Source: Octopus sinensis | Taxonomy: Eukaryota | Direction of reading: 5' to 3' | DNA length: 64,000 bases | Assembly: GCF_006345805.1 (NCBI RefSeq) | Contig: NC_043009.1 | Location: 63,302,001-63,366,000 of the forward strand | In this document: positions 52,593 to 64,000 of the stretch, piece after piece | Layout: the number at the start of each line of letters is the position of its first letter | Numbering within the stretch: the stretch's first letter is position 1 | Position numbers and translations under genes: made by a program | The notes under the pieces: generated by a model | What the model saw: the letters and a program-made list of their open reading frames with translations, nothing else | Database searches by the model: none | What the model was told of the DNA's origin: nothing

Positions 52593-53697
52593 TGGGGAGT
52601 ATAACTCCAAACTTACAGGGAAAAGTTCAATTTAGTATTAAATCAAATTTCACAATATAATTATATAATATATATAAATTAGAGAAAATCCGCTATATAT
52701 ATATATATATATGCGCGTACGCACGCGTGTGTGCGTGTATACAAACACACACACACACATGCACACACGCACACACACACACAAACATACACACATATAT
52801 ATATACATGCACATATACATAGATATACATATATGTACATAAAATATATGTATATACTCACATATGTATATGCATGTGTGTGAGTATATATATAAATGTA
52901 CGTAGCGTACAGGGTATAAACTAGAAACAACTGATCGTTTTTTTTCTTTTTGGTCTAAGTTTATCTAGTTCATAGGAATCTGCAGTACTCGAGCCTCGTT
53001 TAATGGCGTTAGCGAAATAAGGGAAACATTATCTATTTATTATAAAAAATATTCGCTGATAATTTACTGCTATAATTTGATACAGTATAATACCTGAATT
53101 ATATCTTAGTCGTGTCATAACTTGACACTAGGCCAGTGTATGTACAGTCACATACTAAGCATATTCCGTCCGGTTATGAGACTGCGTCAGTGTGTGCGTT
53201 AATGTTTATGTTAGATCATATTTTCACAGTCTCGGTTTAACGCTACACTCTACACAATGGACGCCTTTATTTGAGTCCACTCTGGTGCGTGCAATCGGGT
53301 CAAATCTCTGATCTGAGGATAATTTTTCTCTTCCTACTCACCATTGTCGGTCACTGCCTTCCATCTTCTGATTAAGCCATCGAAAAGTCACCTTCGTTAA
53401 TTCTTATATGGACGTGGTTTTCAAAGCAGAATTCTGTGGTCGGATTGTTGGACCTAGTGCAGTTAAAATGCTTCAATTCTCTCACCAATTTGCAATATCA
53501 ACTTAGTATATACAAGCGACTAATTGGTAGAATCATTAGCACACCGGTCCATCGCAGGTGAGCTGCAAGATGCAGGAGGAAAGAGTGAGAGAAAGTTGTG
53601 GCGAAAGAGTCAGCAGAAGTTCGTCATTACCTTCAGCCGGAGCCGCGTGGATCTTAGGTGTTACGCTGCTCTAACCACTAGGCCATGTGTCTCCACA

Positions 53698-53739
<42 letters not shown>

Positions 53740-53777
53740 ATATATATATAATATATAATATATATATATATATATAT

Positions 53778-53811
<34 letters not shown>

Positions 53812-54736
53812 TATATATGTATATGTATATGTGTGTATTTATATATATAATATATATATATGTATATATATATATATAATATGAGGTTGCGGTTTCGGTA
53901 TGAAATTCGTGAAAGCGTGATTTCAGTTTCAGCCAGAGGCTAATACCTACATTTGACCCATATTCCACCTGAGACGACGAGGGAAGATAAATTCCTTAGA
54001 AAGAATAAAACTAAGAGTATTAGGTTAATCCTAAATTCATTAGCAGACTAAAGAGCCCTTCCATTGCGGTTTCGATTCCAAAACCGGCATGCAAAACACT
54101 TCATTTCACGTTACTCCCGTTCGCTCAGTTGTAAATGATTAACCCTGCAACTAAATGGCGTTCCGTTCGGAGGTGGGGGCCCTGTACGCCAAGCCACTGG
54201 AATGGCATTATTCGAAAAATACAGCAATTCGAGAAAGTGCACTGTGGTCATCGGTATGCATCAACATCCGATAGTCTGATCAATACTGTGACACCGAGTG
54301 GCTGTGTGGTAAGAAGCTTGCTTCCCAACCACATGAGTCAGAGTTCAGTCCCACTGCGTGGCACCTTGGTCTTCTACTACAGCCTCGGGCCGACCAAAAC
54401 CTTGTAAGTGGATTTGAGAGACGGAAACCGAAAGACGCCCATCTTTACTGTAATATGAATGGTGTATGGAATGTATGGCAATTAGTGGTATTAATGATAT
54501 GGGTAATAGCGTTCTATATTATGTTACGTGTTCATGTTGAAGTAGATAGGGAGTATGCCCCGGAATAATCATTTTAAAATGTTTTGTTACATGTTGTTAT
54601 TGTTTTTGTTCAATAAAATTTGTTTTAAAAAGCCGCAATGATTATGCACTAACCCAATATATATATAATATATATATATATACGTTTAAATATTTGTTGT
54701 GCAAGATTTTTTATGTGAAGTCGTGTGTTGAAACAG

Positions 54737-55028
54737 ATATTGTTATATTTCGGAATGGTCATATTGCCAGTTTAGCCAATAAAAACACACGCACTATATA
54801 TTTGGTGTTATTTTGCTTCAGTGATATTTATTTTTTACATTAATCTTAATCTTATTTCGGCCAAACAAAGGACCACTGATGCGGTCACAGGAGTGTGACG
54901 AAAGAACTTTGGCCGAAATAAGATTAAGATTAATGTAAAAAATAAATATCACTGAAGCAAAATAACACCAAATATATAGTGCGTGTGTTTTTATTGGCTA
55001 AACTGGCAATATGACCATTCCGAAATAT

Positions 55029-55036
<8 letters not shown>
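54737..55036. mobile_element. Foldback with two 129-bp inverted arms that appear identical and a 42-bp spacer, next to (TA)n
   Basis: 54737-54865 is the reverse complement of 54908-55036; no mismatch found by eye. Confidence 0.92.
54870..54914 (+). ncRNA. Hammerhead-like motif occupying the foldback spacer (A9C deviation)
   Basis: ggacca-CTGATGC-G-GTCAC-aggagt-GTGAC-GAAA-G-aa-C-TT/-tggcc. 5-bp stem II; stem I has 5 bp with one bulge. Confidence 0.45.
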
Positions 55037-55105
<69 letters not shown>

Positions 55106-55199
55106 AATAAATAAAATATATGCATACATACAAACATATATGTACGTACCTACATCTACATGCATATATACATGCATATATAAATATATATACGTGAGT

Positions 55200-55425
55200 A
55201 CAGGACACCACAAATAGACGTAGAACTCAACGAGAAACGAAAAAGTAAAAACAAGCATGGAACGGACCATTTTTTAACAACGAAAAAACAGAGTACAAGA
55301 CAACTACACAAGGAAAAATCCCCTTCATCAGTTGTCCCTAGTTCAACTCCAGCGTGTTTCGAATGTGAGGACAGAACACGATTCGTCGAACAAGTCCTTC
55401 CTGCGAAAGAATTAAATAAAATTCC
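55200..55425 (-). mobile_element. Third, truncated homologue of the 23341-24245 repeat
   Basis: CAGGACA...AATGAG/ACGAGAAACGAAAA...CCCCTTCATCAGTT...ATTAAATAAAATT blocks are shared. Confidence 0.6.
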
Positions 55426-55523
55426 TTTGCACTGTTGTATGACTGAGCACCCTCGCGTCGATTCGATTCGATTCGTTTCGTTTCGTTTCGTTTCTTCTTC
55501 TTCTCTAAGCTGGTTTATGTGTG

Positions 55524-55570
<47 letters not shown>

Positions 55571-56173
55571 TGTTGACAGACTGAATTCGGAGTGCTGTAA
55601 AATATTAATATAAACTTTATAGGCTAAACATTTCGATGAAACAACACATAAATCAGTTGATAGATTGAAACCCTTCAATAAAGGAATCAATTACACCTAA
55701 TTTGTTAGCATCAACAGAGAATAATGTTTATATATCCATAATTGAATTCCTCCTATCTCCACTTGTTGATGTTTTTTCATGTCATGGCCGAAATGTGATC
55801 GTTGATCCTATAAATCAAATTCTCTAAAATAACACTCTTCAGTTCCAACCCATTTTCCTCACCCAAAATGGGATTGGAGAGTCATGTGAGAGAAGGGATA
55901 TTAAATCTCAGAATTTACTCTAAATAAATAATTTCCAGAAACTTCTTATTTACAAAAACACAAAGGACATATTATTTTTTTTTTTTTTATTCTTTTAGAT
56001 TCTATTTTTTACATTTTCTGGACAAATTTCGTTTTAACAAATTTCGTTATACAACGTGCTAGCTTTGCTATTTTGCACAGACGTGCACGACACTCACAAA
56101 TGCACACACACACACTCACACACACGCACTCACACACACGCACTCACACACGCACACACACTTGAGCAACTAT

Positions 56174-56870
56174 GCATCATTTCATCTGCATATCATAAAG
56201 ATGGTGGCAATGTGCAGGCAAATGCTCGGATGGAATCTGAGAACTTTCAGGACAAGAAACCAGGAAACTATGCTGGTCCTATAGGGGACATTTGTCGTCA
56301 GTTGTCGGACTGCTGCTCTTAACAATGGCCAATCCACAGTGTTAATTTAATACTGGAACCTAAGACAGTTCAGTGGTACTATACCAAGAAGCTTACACCT
56401 ATGAAACACATGAGTTACTGGGAGGGACTGGAAGAATTGCAACTCTACGCACTGGACCCAAGACGGAAGAAATATGCAGTGATAGACACGCGGAAGATCC
56501 CAGGGGTCTGGCACCAAACTTTGACATCGAGAGTTATACCTGTCCCAGAACAAGACGCTGCTGCACTATTCCACAGTTTCCATCCATCCCGTCAAGATTA
56601 AGGACCAGGTACTGAAATATTTTGGAATTCAAAGATCCACCGTAATTTAAAATCTTGCTAAAAAGTTTGAGAGTGGGGACTGGCGTTTTCAAGAAGCCCC
56701 TTGACCTTCTGCTGACGAACTTACATCATGTAAGAAACTCGGACGAGGGCAGCTATATTAAACTCCTTAATTTAACAAAAACTAACCACATCGGAATGGA
56801 CTCTAGCAATCTAGCGGTTATCCAGCTTGGGCACAGCCTTTAAGGCTGAAATGCATTAAAGAATAGAATG
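56174..56870 (+). mobile_element. 5'-truncated CR1-type LINE 3' remnant
   Basis: Frames give SFHLHIIKMVAMCRQMLGWNLRTFRTRNQETMLVL, YYTKKLTPMKHMSYWEGLEELQLYALDPRRKKYAVI and SRLRTRY..GVFKKPLDLLL. These match the CR1/L2-group C-terminal motif SYxERLxxLxLYSLERRRERY. Confidence 0.8.
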
Positions 56871-57619
56871 TATACTATATGTGTGTGTATATTTATACGT
56901 GTGTATATATATATATACATATATATATGTATGTATGTACATATATGTATGTATGTGTATGCATGTATGTATATGCAAATTCATATGTTTTATGTATGTA
57001 TTCTCATGCATATAGTTGCATTTCTAGACTTGCTCATATATGTTTAAATGATAAACTTCTGGAAAGTTTTACATATTTTACAGTTCCAGTGATGGATTGG
57101 ATCTGTAGTCTTCGAATTAGCTTTCTCCTTTCTGGTTTTCAGAAGCCTGTATGTATGTATGTATGTATGTATGTATGTATGTATGTATGTATGTATGTGT
57201 GTATGTATGTATGTATGTGTTTATTTAAAAACAACAAGATTTAGTAGATTAGATATTAAACTAGTTACCTATTGTCATGCGAGTTTGCCTGTGTTTTGGG
57301 TGACACGCCACATTACACAGCCCTCGTAGTTGTCAGGAATGGAAGCTAAATCATCTGAGATGAAAGGTCAACTGAGGTGAACCATCCTTGCTACATACCT
57401 CTAATCATGTAAGCTGTAATAATTGACTCTAACCATGCATGGATTATTGTGTGTGTGCGCGCGCTCACGTGCGTGTTTGTGTAGTGCCTACGTGCAGCGT
57501 AGGGATTTACAACACATTTAACCTCATCACACCTTACATCTTTAAGTATGAATAGCACGCTACGCTTCTAGAAACATAGCTAAGACTGTATCTCAAAGAC
57601 TGCTCCTTTGCATTTAGGG

Positions 57620-57922
57620 CAGAGGTGCTCAACCATTCTTTTATCTATGGGCCCCTTTGATTACCATTTTATTCTGGTGGACCCCTATTTCCATTCGATG
57701 TTTAGTTTTATAGAGACCTATTTTGCTTTTCACTCATTAATTTGTGTAGGCTGAATTACGTAAAATGTTAGAGAAAGAAACCCAGCTGTTTCTTGCAATT
57801 AATTATTGCAAAATGTTTCCATGGACACTTGAAATAACTACCATGGACCCCTATTTACTATTTAGCTTTCATGAACCCCCAAACAACTCAGGGGCCATAT
57901 GGACACCGGATGAGAATCCCTG
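57620..57922 (+). mobile_element. hAT-type MITE, same family as 13442-13704
   Basis: CAGAGGTGCTCAACC...GGATGAGAATCCCTG; shared internal CCCCTTTGATT and CCATTCGATGTTT. Confidence 0.65.
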
Positions 57923-57969
57923 ATAAGAAAATAATTAAGTCCCAAACAATTACTCTCTACAAAACCCGG

Positions 57970-58230
57970 GATAAACCCGCCTCACATTTTGGGCTGCGGT
58001 TGCTGTTGTGCACACGTATATCCTAAACCACATTCATTGATAGGCCATTAAGTCATTACCATCCTCCAGCAGATTTCTTTCGTCCTAACTCCATTCCGGC
58101 ATTCATTACCAGTCTCTCTTCTTCTCATCAGCCTTATGTCCACCCGCCTCCAATCTCTTACTAACTCCTACATCCATTCCTTCCTTATCGGGACACCGGC
58201 CTTCTGGAATCGTCATCCTTATACGTGGTT
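57970..58230 (+). mobile_element. Possible degenerate Jockey/CR1-group LINE 3' end
   Basis: SLTNSYIHSFLIGTPAFWNRHP resembles RTNxYxxSFFPRTxxLWNSLP. Confidence 0.4.
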
Positions 58231-59021
58231 GTTATTACGAATGGCATCCAGTCGTGAGAAACCATGCCGTAGTAGACACTGGAGTGCGATGCTGTCTTCG
58301 GGCCCTCGGTTCCTTCCAAATCGCTCAACACATGCCAGCATGGAACATAAATGATGATGATGGTGATGATGATGATGATGATGATGATGACGACGACGAC
58401 GAGGATGATGATGATGATGACTCGACGACGACGACGATGTCAACTTGCAATAGTTTAAGTAGTACGTTAACATAATAACATTGATTGGGAAGGACCTGCA
58501 GAAACCTCGACCACACCATACCTTTCAGTAGAGATACTCTTTTACTTGTTTCAGTCATGTGACTGTGGCCATGCTGGAGCACCGCCTTTAGTCGAGCAAA
58601 TCGACCCTAGGACTTATTCTTTGTAAGCATAGTAGTTATTCTATCGGCCTCTTTTGCCGAACTGTTTAAAGTACAGTGTACATATATATATATATATAAT
58701 ATATATATATATATATTATATATATATATATATATACAGATAAAATACTAGATATGCTATGTACCTATAGTGCATAATCTATCTATCTATCTCTGTATAT
58801 GTGTGTATGTATGTATGTATGTATGCATGTTTGTAGCTAGCTAGACCATAGAGAAATGTCAGTTATTCGTTGGTGTTGCACATGTATAAACATTGAGTAT
58901 CGCCGTTGTGAATGGAATCGACCGATATCAAGATAACCGGGAATAACAAATGTTTAATTCCCGTGAGAATATTATACAAGATTTACCTCCACTGATAGAC
59001 CAACCTGAAGGCATTGCAGAA

Positions 59022-59083
59022 CTGACAGACCACGTGATTAACACGTGACTAACTGTCAGAAGAGAGGGGGGTTTGTGACGTCA
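59022..59083. promoter_or_regulatory. Cluster of two E-boxes (CACGTG) and a full CRE (TGACGTCA)
   Basis: CACGTG at 59031-59036 and 59042-59047 inside a CTGACAG/CTGTCAG inverted pair; TGACGTCA at 59076-59083. Confidence 0.35.
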
Positions 59084-59239
59084 TCAGAGGCTGAGTGTGT
59101 GAGAGCTTTGGGAGAGGGAAGAAGGGCGTGGCGAAAGAGGGTCCGTGTAACAACCAGCCTCTCGTCACGGCTCCGGTGTTTATGCTGGTGATTTTGACAC
59201 GAATAACATCTGTAACAACAACAACAACAACAATAATGA

Positions 59240-60200
59240 TGATTCTAAATTTTGGCACAAGGCCAGCAATTTCGGTGACGAGGATTAGTCCGACCTCGGA
59301 GGAATTTGAACTCAGAACGTAAAGACGGATGAAATGCCGCTAAGCATTTAGTCCGGTGTGGTAATGATTCTACAAGATAGCCGCCGTAATAACAACAATA
59401 ATAATCCTTTCTACTGTAGGCACAAGGCCTGAAATTTTGGGGGAGAGGACTACTCGATTACATTGACCCCAGTGTTTAAACTGATACTTGATTTATCGAC
59501 CCCGAAAGTATAAAAGACAAAGTCGACCACGGCGGAATTTGAACTCAGAATTTAGCGAACGGCAAAATACCGCTAAGCATTTCGCCCGGTGTGCTAACCT
59601 TTCTGCCATCTTGCCGTCTTAATAATAATAATGATCCTTTCTACTGAGGGCACAAGGCCCAACATTTTGGGGAAGGAGGCCAGTCGATTACATCGACGCC
59701 AGTGCGTAACTGGTACTTAGTTTATCGACCTCGAAAGGATGAAAGGCAAAGTCGACTTCGGCGGAATTTGAACTCAGAATACGAAGACAGACGAAATACC
59801 TATTTTTTTTACTACCCACAAGGGGCTAAACACAGAGGGGACAAACAAGGACAGACATAGGTATTAAGTTGATTACATCGACCCCAGTGCGTAACTAGTA
59901 CTTATTTAATCAACCTTTTAAGGATGAAAGGCAAAGTCGACCTCGGCGGAATTTGAACTCAGAACGTAACGGCAGACGAAATACCCCTAAGCATTTCGCC
60001 CAGCGTGCAAACTCACCGCCTTAAACAACAACAATAATAATAATCTTTCCTACTCTAGGCACAAGCCCCGAAATTTTGGAGGAGGGGGCCAGTCGAGTAG
60101 ATCGACCCCAGTTCGCAACTGGTACTTAACTTATCGACACCGAAAGGATGAAAGGCAAAGTCGACCTCGGTGGAATTTGAAATTAGAAACTTAGCGACGG
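59240..60200 (-). mobile_element. Head-to-tail array of four to five family B SINE copies separated by (AAT/AAC)n
   Basis: Repeated (AAT)n-CCTTTCTACT..AGGCACAAGGCC...GAATTTGAACTCAGAA units. Confidence 0.9.
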
Positions 60201-60208
60201 CCTTAAGC

Positions 60209-60281
<73 letters not shown>

Positions 60282-60521
60282 CAACTGATACTCACTACTG
60301 TCATCTGCAGGCTACAGCTGCAACAGGGGCACTTGCCCATATTAAAGAACTGTTAGGTTTCCAGGCTGCTCCATTATTTTGTTTTGTCTTTTTTTCATAT
60401 TGGTTTCCTTCTATTTATTTTCTTATTCGCCACCGATTTTCTCTTATTTCAGTTTTATAAATTTCTTCCCACAGAAACTGTTTGTAGCTTTGTTTATGTT
60501 GACAATTGTTTTTTTGCTGTG

Positions 60522-60569
<48 letters not shown>

Positions 60570-60689
60570 GTATGGATGTGTATGTGTATATATGTGTACA
60601 TACATGCGTGTCCCCAGCTTACATTTTCTCTTTATATTTCCAAGCCAAAAACAAAATGGCTTCTATTATTGTATTTATATTATCAAAGT

Positions 60690-61100
60690 GCAGGAGTGGC
60701 TGTGTGGTAAGTAGCTTGCTTACCAAACACATGGTTCCGGGTTCAGTCCCACTGCGTGGCACCTTGGGCAAGTGTCTTCTACTATAACCTTGGGCCGACC
60801 AAAGCCTTGTGAGTAGGTTTGGTAGACGGAAACTGAAAGAAGCCCGTCATATATATGTATATATATATATGTATGTGTGTGTATATGTTTGTGTGTCTGT
60901 GTTCGTCCCCCCAATATTGCTTGACAACCGATGGTGGTGTGTTTACATCCCCCGTAACTTAGCGCTTCGGCAAAAGAGACCGATAGAATAAGTACTAGGC
61001 TTACAAAGAATAAGTCCTGGGGTCGATTTGCTCGACTAAAGGCGGTGCTCCAGCATGGCCGCAGTCAAATGACTGAAACAAGTGAAAGAGTAAAAGAGTA
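60690..61100 (+). mobile_element. Full-length family C tRNA-SINE (reference copy)
   Basis: GCAGGAGTGGCTGTGTGGTAAG head, GGTTCAGTCC B-box-like, internal (TA/TG)n, tail GGCGGTGCTCCAGCATGGCCGCAGTCAAATGACTGAAAC-(AAAGAGT)n. Confidence 0.9.
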
Positions 61101-62988
61101 AGGCGTCGAGCTGTCAGGATCGTTTATGCACCGGACAAAACGCATAGCGACATTTCTTTCGGTTCTTTACTTTCTGAGTTCAAATTCTGCCGAGGTCAAC
61201 CTTGCCTGTCTTCCTTTCAGGGTCCATAAAATAAGTACCAGTTAAACACTGGGGTTGATGTAATCGAGTTTCCCCACCACACAAAATTACTGGCCTTGTA
61301 CCAAAATTAGAAAGAATTATTTTATGTATATTTCGTACATATGTGTATGCGTGTACTCTTGTGGTTTTACTCCAAAAATTTCACCCGTAGACAAAGTGCT
61401 GTCTTCTAATCCAGAATTAAAGATCTTTCGCGAGATTTAGGCATCAGTTCGGGTTTTCATGTACGCATGCATATATGTTCTTTGCTAGTTATTTGAAGTG
61501 TTTCTATATGAAGGTTTCTAATAAAGAAGCAAACTTCAAACGCTGCAGTTCAGAACAAAAGGGTCTGTGTTACGTGCTAAACTTTCAAAAATCTAACATA
61601 TTTTTTATGTTCCGCTTACAGATTATATTTATAAATCGAGTGTAAGCGGATCAGTTTCTTTGTCTATAAACATTAGCTTTCCGTATCTATCAACATAGCG
61701 AAGAGCATAAAAACTAATTGGTATGAATGTGAATTTATAATCTGGTTAGAAAGGATGCAATATTCGAAGCAATTGACCAAAGATATTTTCTTCTTCACTA
61801 GATATAGAAGAAATATTCACGCCGCCAGAGCAGTTGACTTCTATGGCCACGTGATTCTTATATGCAATTACAACCAATCATATTAGGCTTGTTGTGTTTG
61901 TACATGGCGGAAGTTTTGATGCAACACTTCCACCATTACTCCTTGTATTTATATGCATTTGTGTATTCAGTAACAGGGGGATTCACTGTATTTATCCCAG
62001 GGAAATCTTTCCTATGGATGGCATTTATGTATATAGCAACAGCATTGTTCTGCGATAGATGGAAGTACCTTGATGGCATTTGGGGGCAGTTACTGATCAC
62101 ATGTATAAAATATCCCATGGAAATGTGATATAACCGACATTTTATATCGCATTTTGAGGGCTCAAGAGTTCAATCTTATCTTAGATATCTAAGGTTCATT
62201 AGGTATTTCATACCTGTCTCCCACACTTAAATTGCATAAACGTAACTTCGAAATGTGACGAGTCCGAAAGCGTCTACACTTTCTGTTAATAACATTATCC
62301 TCAGTGTAAATAACGGACAGGGTCAAGACTATTGAAAAGGTTGCAAGACGCAACGAAAATTTTAGGAAAATAAAAATAAGAAATAAGTGGAAATTTTACC
62401 GGTGAGTGTGTTACATTATAAGGCACAAAAAGAAAATGACTCTCTCCAGACACAACAGAATATGCTTCAACACACGAACTCATATAAAGAATCTTGCAAA
62501 CCAAATCCAAAAATGAAATATTATCCTCAAGTTTACGTGAAACACACCAAACTGTCTGAGTAATAATATGCCACACTCGAAGACCGTCTACACTGATTGT
62601 TTTTTCCCTCTTCATATCATATCTTCCTAATCTTCGCTTCAGAGAGTAGAGAAGGTCTTAGTTCTTTCAGCCTCTTCCCCTGTCTTCTAACTCATCTGTT
62701 ATATTGAGGTAATGTTTTTGGTTTAATAGTGTTTCATTGTTTCCAGTTCTGCAATTAGTTTAACAACTTACTATTTGCAAGGAAGCTTGAAAAATTCTCT
62801 GAAGCGGTTGCGTTGAAAATTCTTTCGATGTCTAGAAACGTATGGAAGAGAATAGTTGGGAACTTCCCGGAGTTCTTCTGTTGCTAAGTTAAGACCATTT
62901 CACTGAGTTAATATTACGTTTCACTTCTCTTTCATGTCCATGTAATCGATAGTTGCCTCTTCTTGGTAGAAAAAGTTACAATGTAGAA

Positions 62989-63240
62989 CAATGGTTCTAA
63001 ACTAAGGTCCATAAGACCCTTGGGGTTCCATATTAGATTTTATCGTTAAAATTTGTCTGCAATAAATTGGTTTTACTACTACAAAACACAAAATATTTTA
63101 ATAATTTTTTTCATACAATTTCTAATAAAATTCAATTATGAGAATATAATTTGATTTTTAAACATCGAGTGGCTACGGGGTCCAGTAAAATAAACTAGGG
63201 ACCAAAGGGGTTCAAAGGTAAAAATGGTTGAGAAACACTG
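62989..63240 (-). mobile_element. hAT-type MITE with 8-bp TSD
   Basis: CAATGGTTCTAAAC...GGTTGAGAAACACTG; flanks ATGTAGAA and CTGTAGAA (7/8 identical). Confidence 0.8.
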
Positions 63241-64000
63241 CTGTAGAAGAAAGCCAGTTAATTTATTCTTAACGGTGAAGTAAAGACTCTTTTGATTGTG
63301 CATTCAGTTTTTCACATACGCTTTACGACGTTGCAGTCGGTGAGCAATTTTTTTTAGCATTGCCCCTAATTTGTGATATATTAAAGCTGATTATTTTGCA
63401 AATTTATCGAAAATCTTAGGGTTCGCTTTCGTATTTTTTACAGCTTTGGTTTCTCTTTCATCTCTCCTCTTTTCATATTAATTGCAACAGTGACAAAGAA
63501 ATATAAACATCAAAATAAGAATCATTTGCTGAAAATGCGAAATAGTATACTATTCAAACGCCAAGGGAAGTAGAAAATTATTCAAAAATGTAAGACAACA
63601 AAGTTAGTTGAAAGAATTAGTATTTTTCACCAAAATATCTCAAGATCATTGAGAATTGTGGAGAAAATTTTGACATTTTGGAAGGTATTTAGAATTAATT
63701 CTCACACATCAGACACATGTGTGAGAATAATGTTATTTTATTTTCTTGGACTTGAATGGCAAAGAAAAGTAGATATGAAAGCAGAAGACGTGTGATGTGT
63801 CAAACCAAAGAAGATATACTTAGATAACATCTTTATAATGTTTAACAATTGCATACATAAAATATAAACAAGGGGGCAAAAGGAATGGGTAAGAAAAGCG
63901 AAATGGGGAGCTGCAGGAACAAGTAGGAATCTGACATTAACGCGAGATGTTTTGCAAACAACTTGCACATGCAAGTGCTACCAGTCGAGAACTCGGCATA

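Noticed and set aside
56712-56745. CTGACGA-AC-TTAC..GTAA-GAAAC hammerhead-like string
   Set aside because: It lies within the CR1 coding remnant and no stem I or III forms; likely chance.
61862-62128. 88-aa hydrophobic ORF and its antisense ORF
   Set aside because: No recognisable domain or convincing splice context; a BLASTX would be needed.

Overview
AT-rich, microsatellite-saturated eukaryotic DNA, most likely intronic or intergenic octopus (coleoid cephalopod) sequence. The species call is an inference from my recollection of the Octopus OK/OR-type tRNA-SINE families, not a database match. Almost all ORFs in the supplied track are microsatellite artefacts and no complete host gene is present; there are only a few low-confidence spliced-exon candidates on the minus strand. 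Recognisable content includes: three abundant tRNA-derived SINE families; degenerate retroelement remnants (L1/Tx1, CR1-type, two R4/Dong RLE fragments in a (TAA)n tract, a Penelope-like GIY-YIG fragment); hAT and Tc1/mariner MITEs; and at least eight foldback elements. The most interesting signal is a set of seven minimal type-I hammerhead-ribozyme-like folds, read by eye. They lie in short, mutually unrelated units that mostly abut (TA)n tracts, and most have the tiny or palindromic stem III typical of Penelope-associated hammerheads. Several carry core variants (U3-A8 covariation, U4C, an extra A after A9). One sits in the loop of a perfect 129-bp foldback, two sit in the arms of another foldback, and one lies at the 3' end of a tRNA-headed SINE-like unit. 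No covariance search, BLAST or folding was run, and coordinates of degenerate repeats are approximate.
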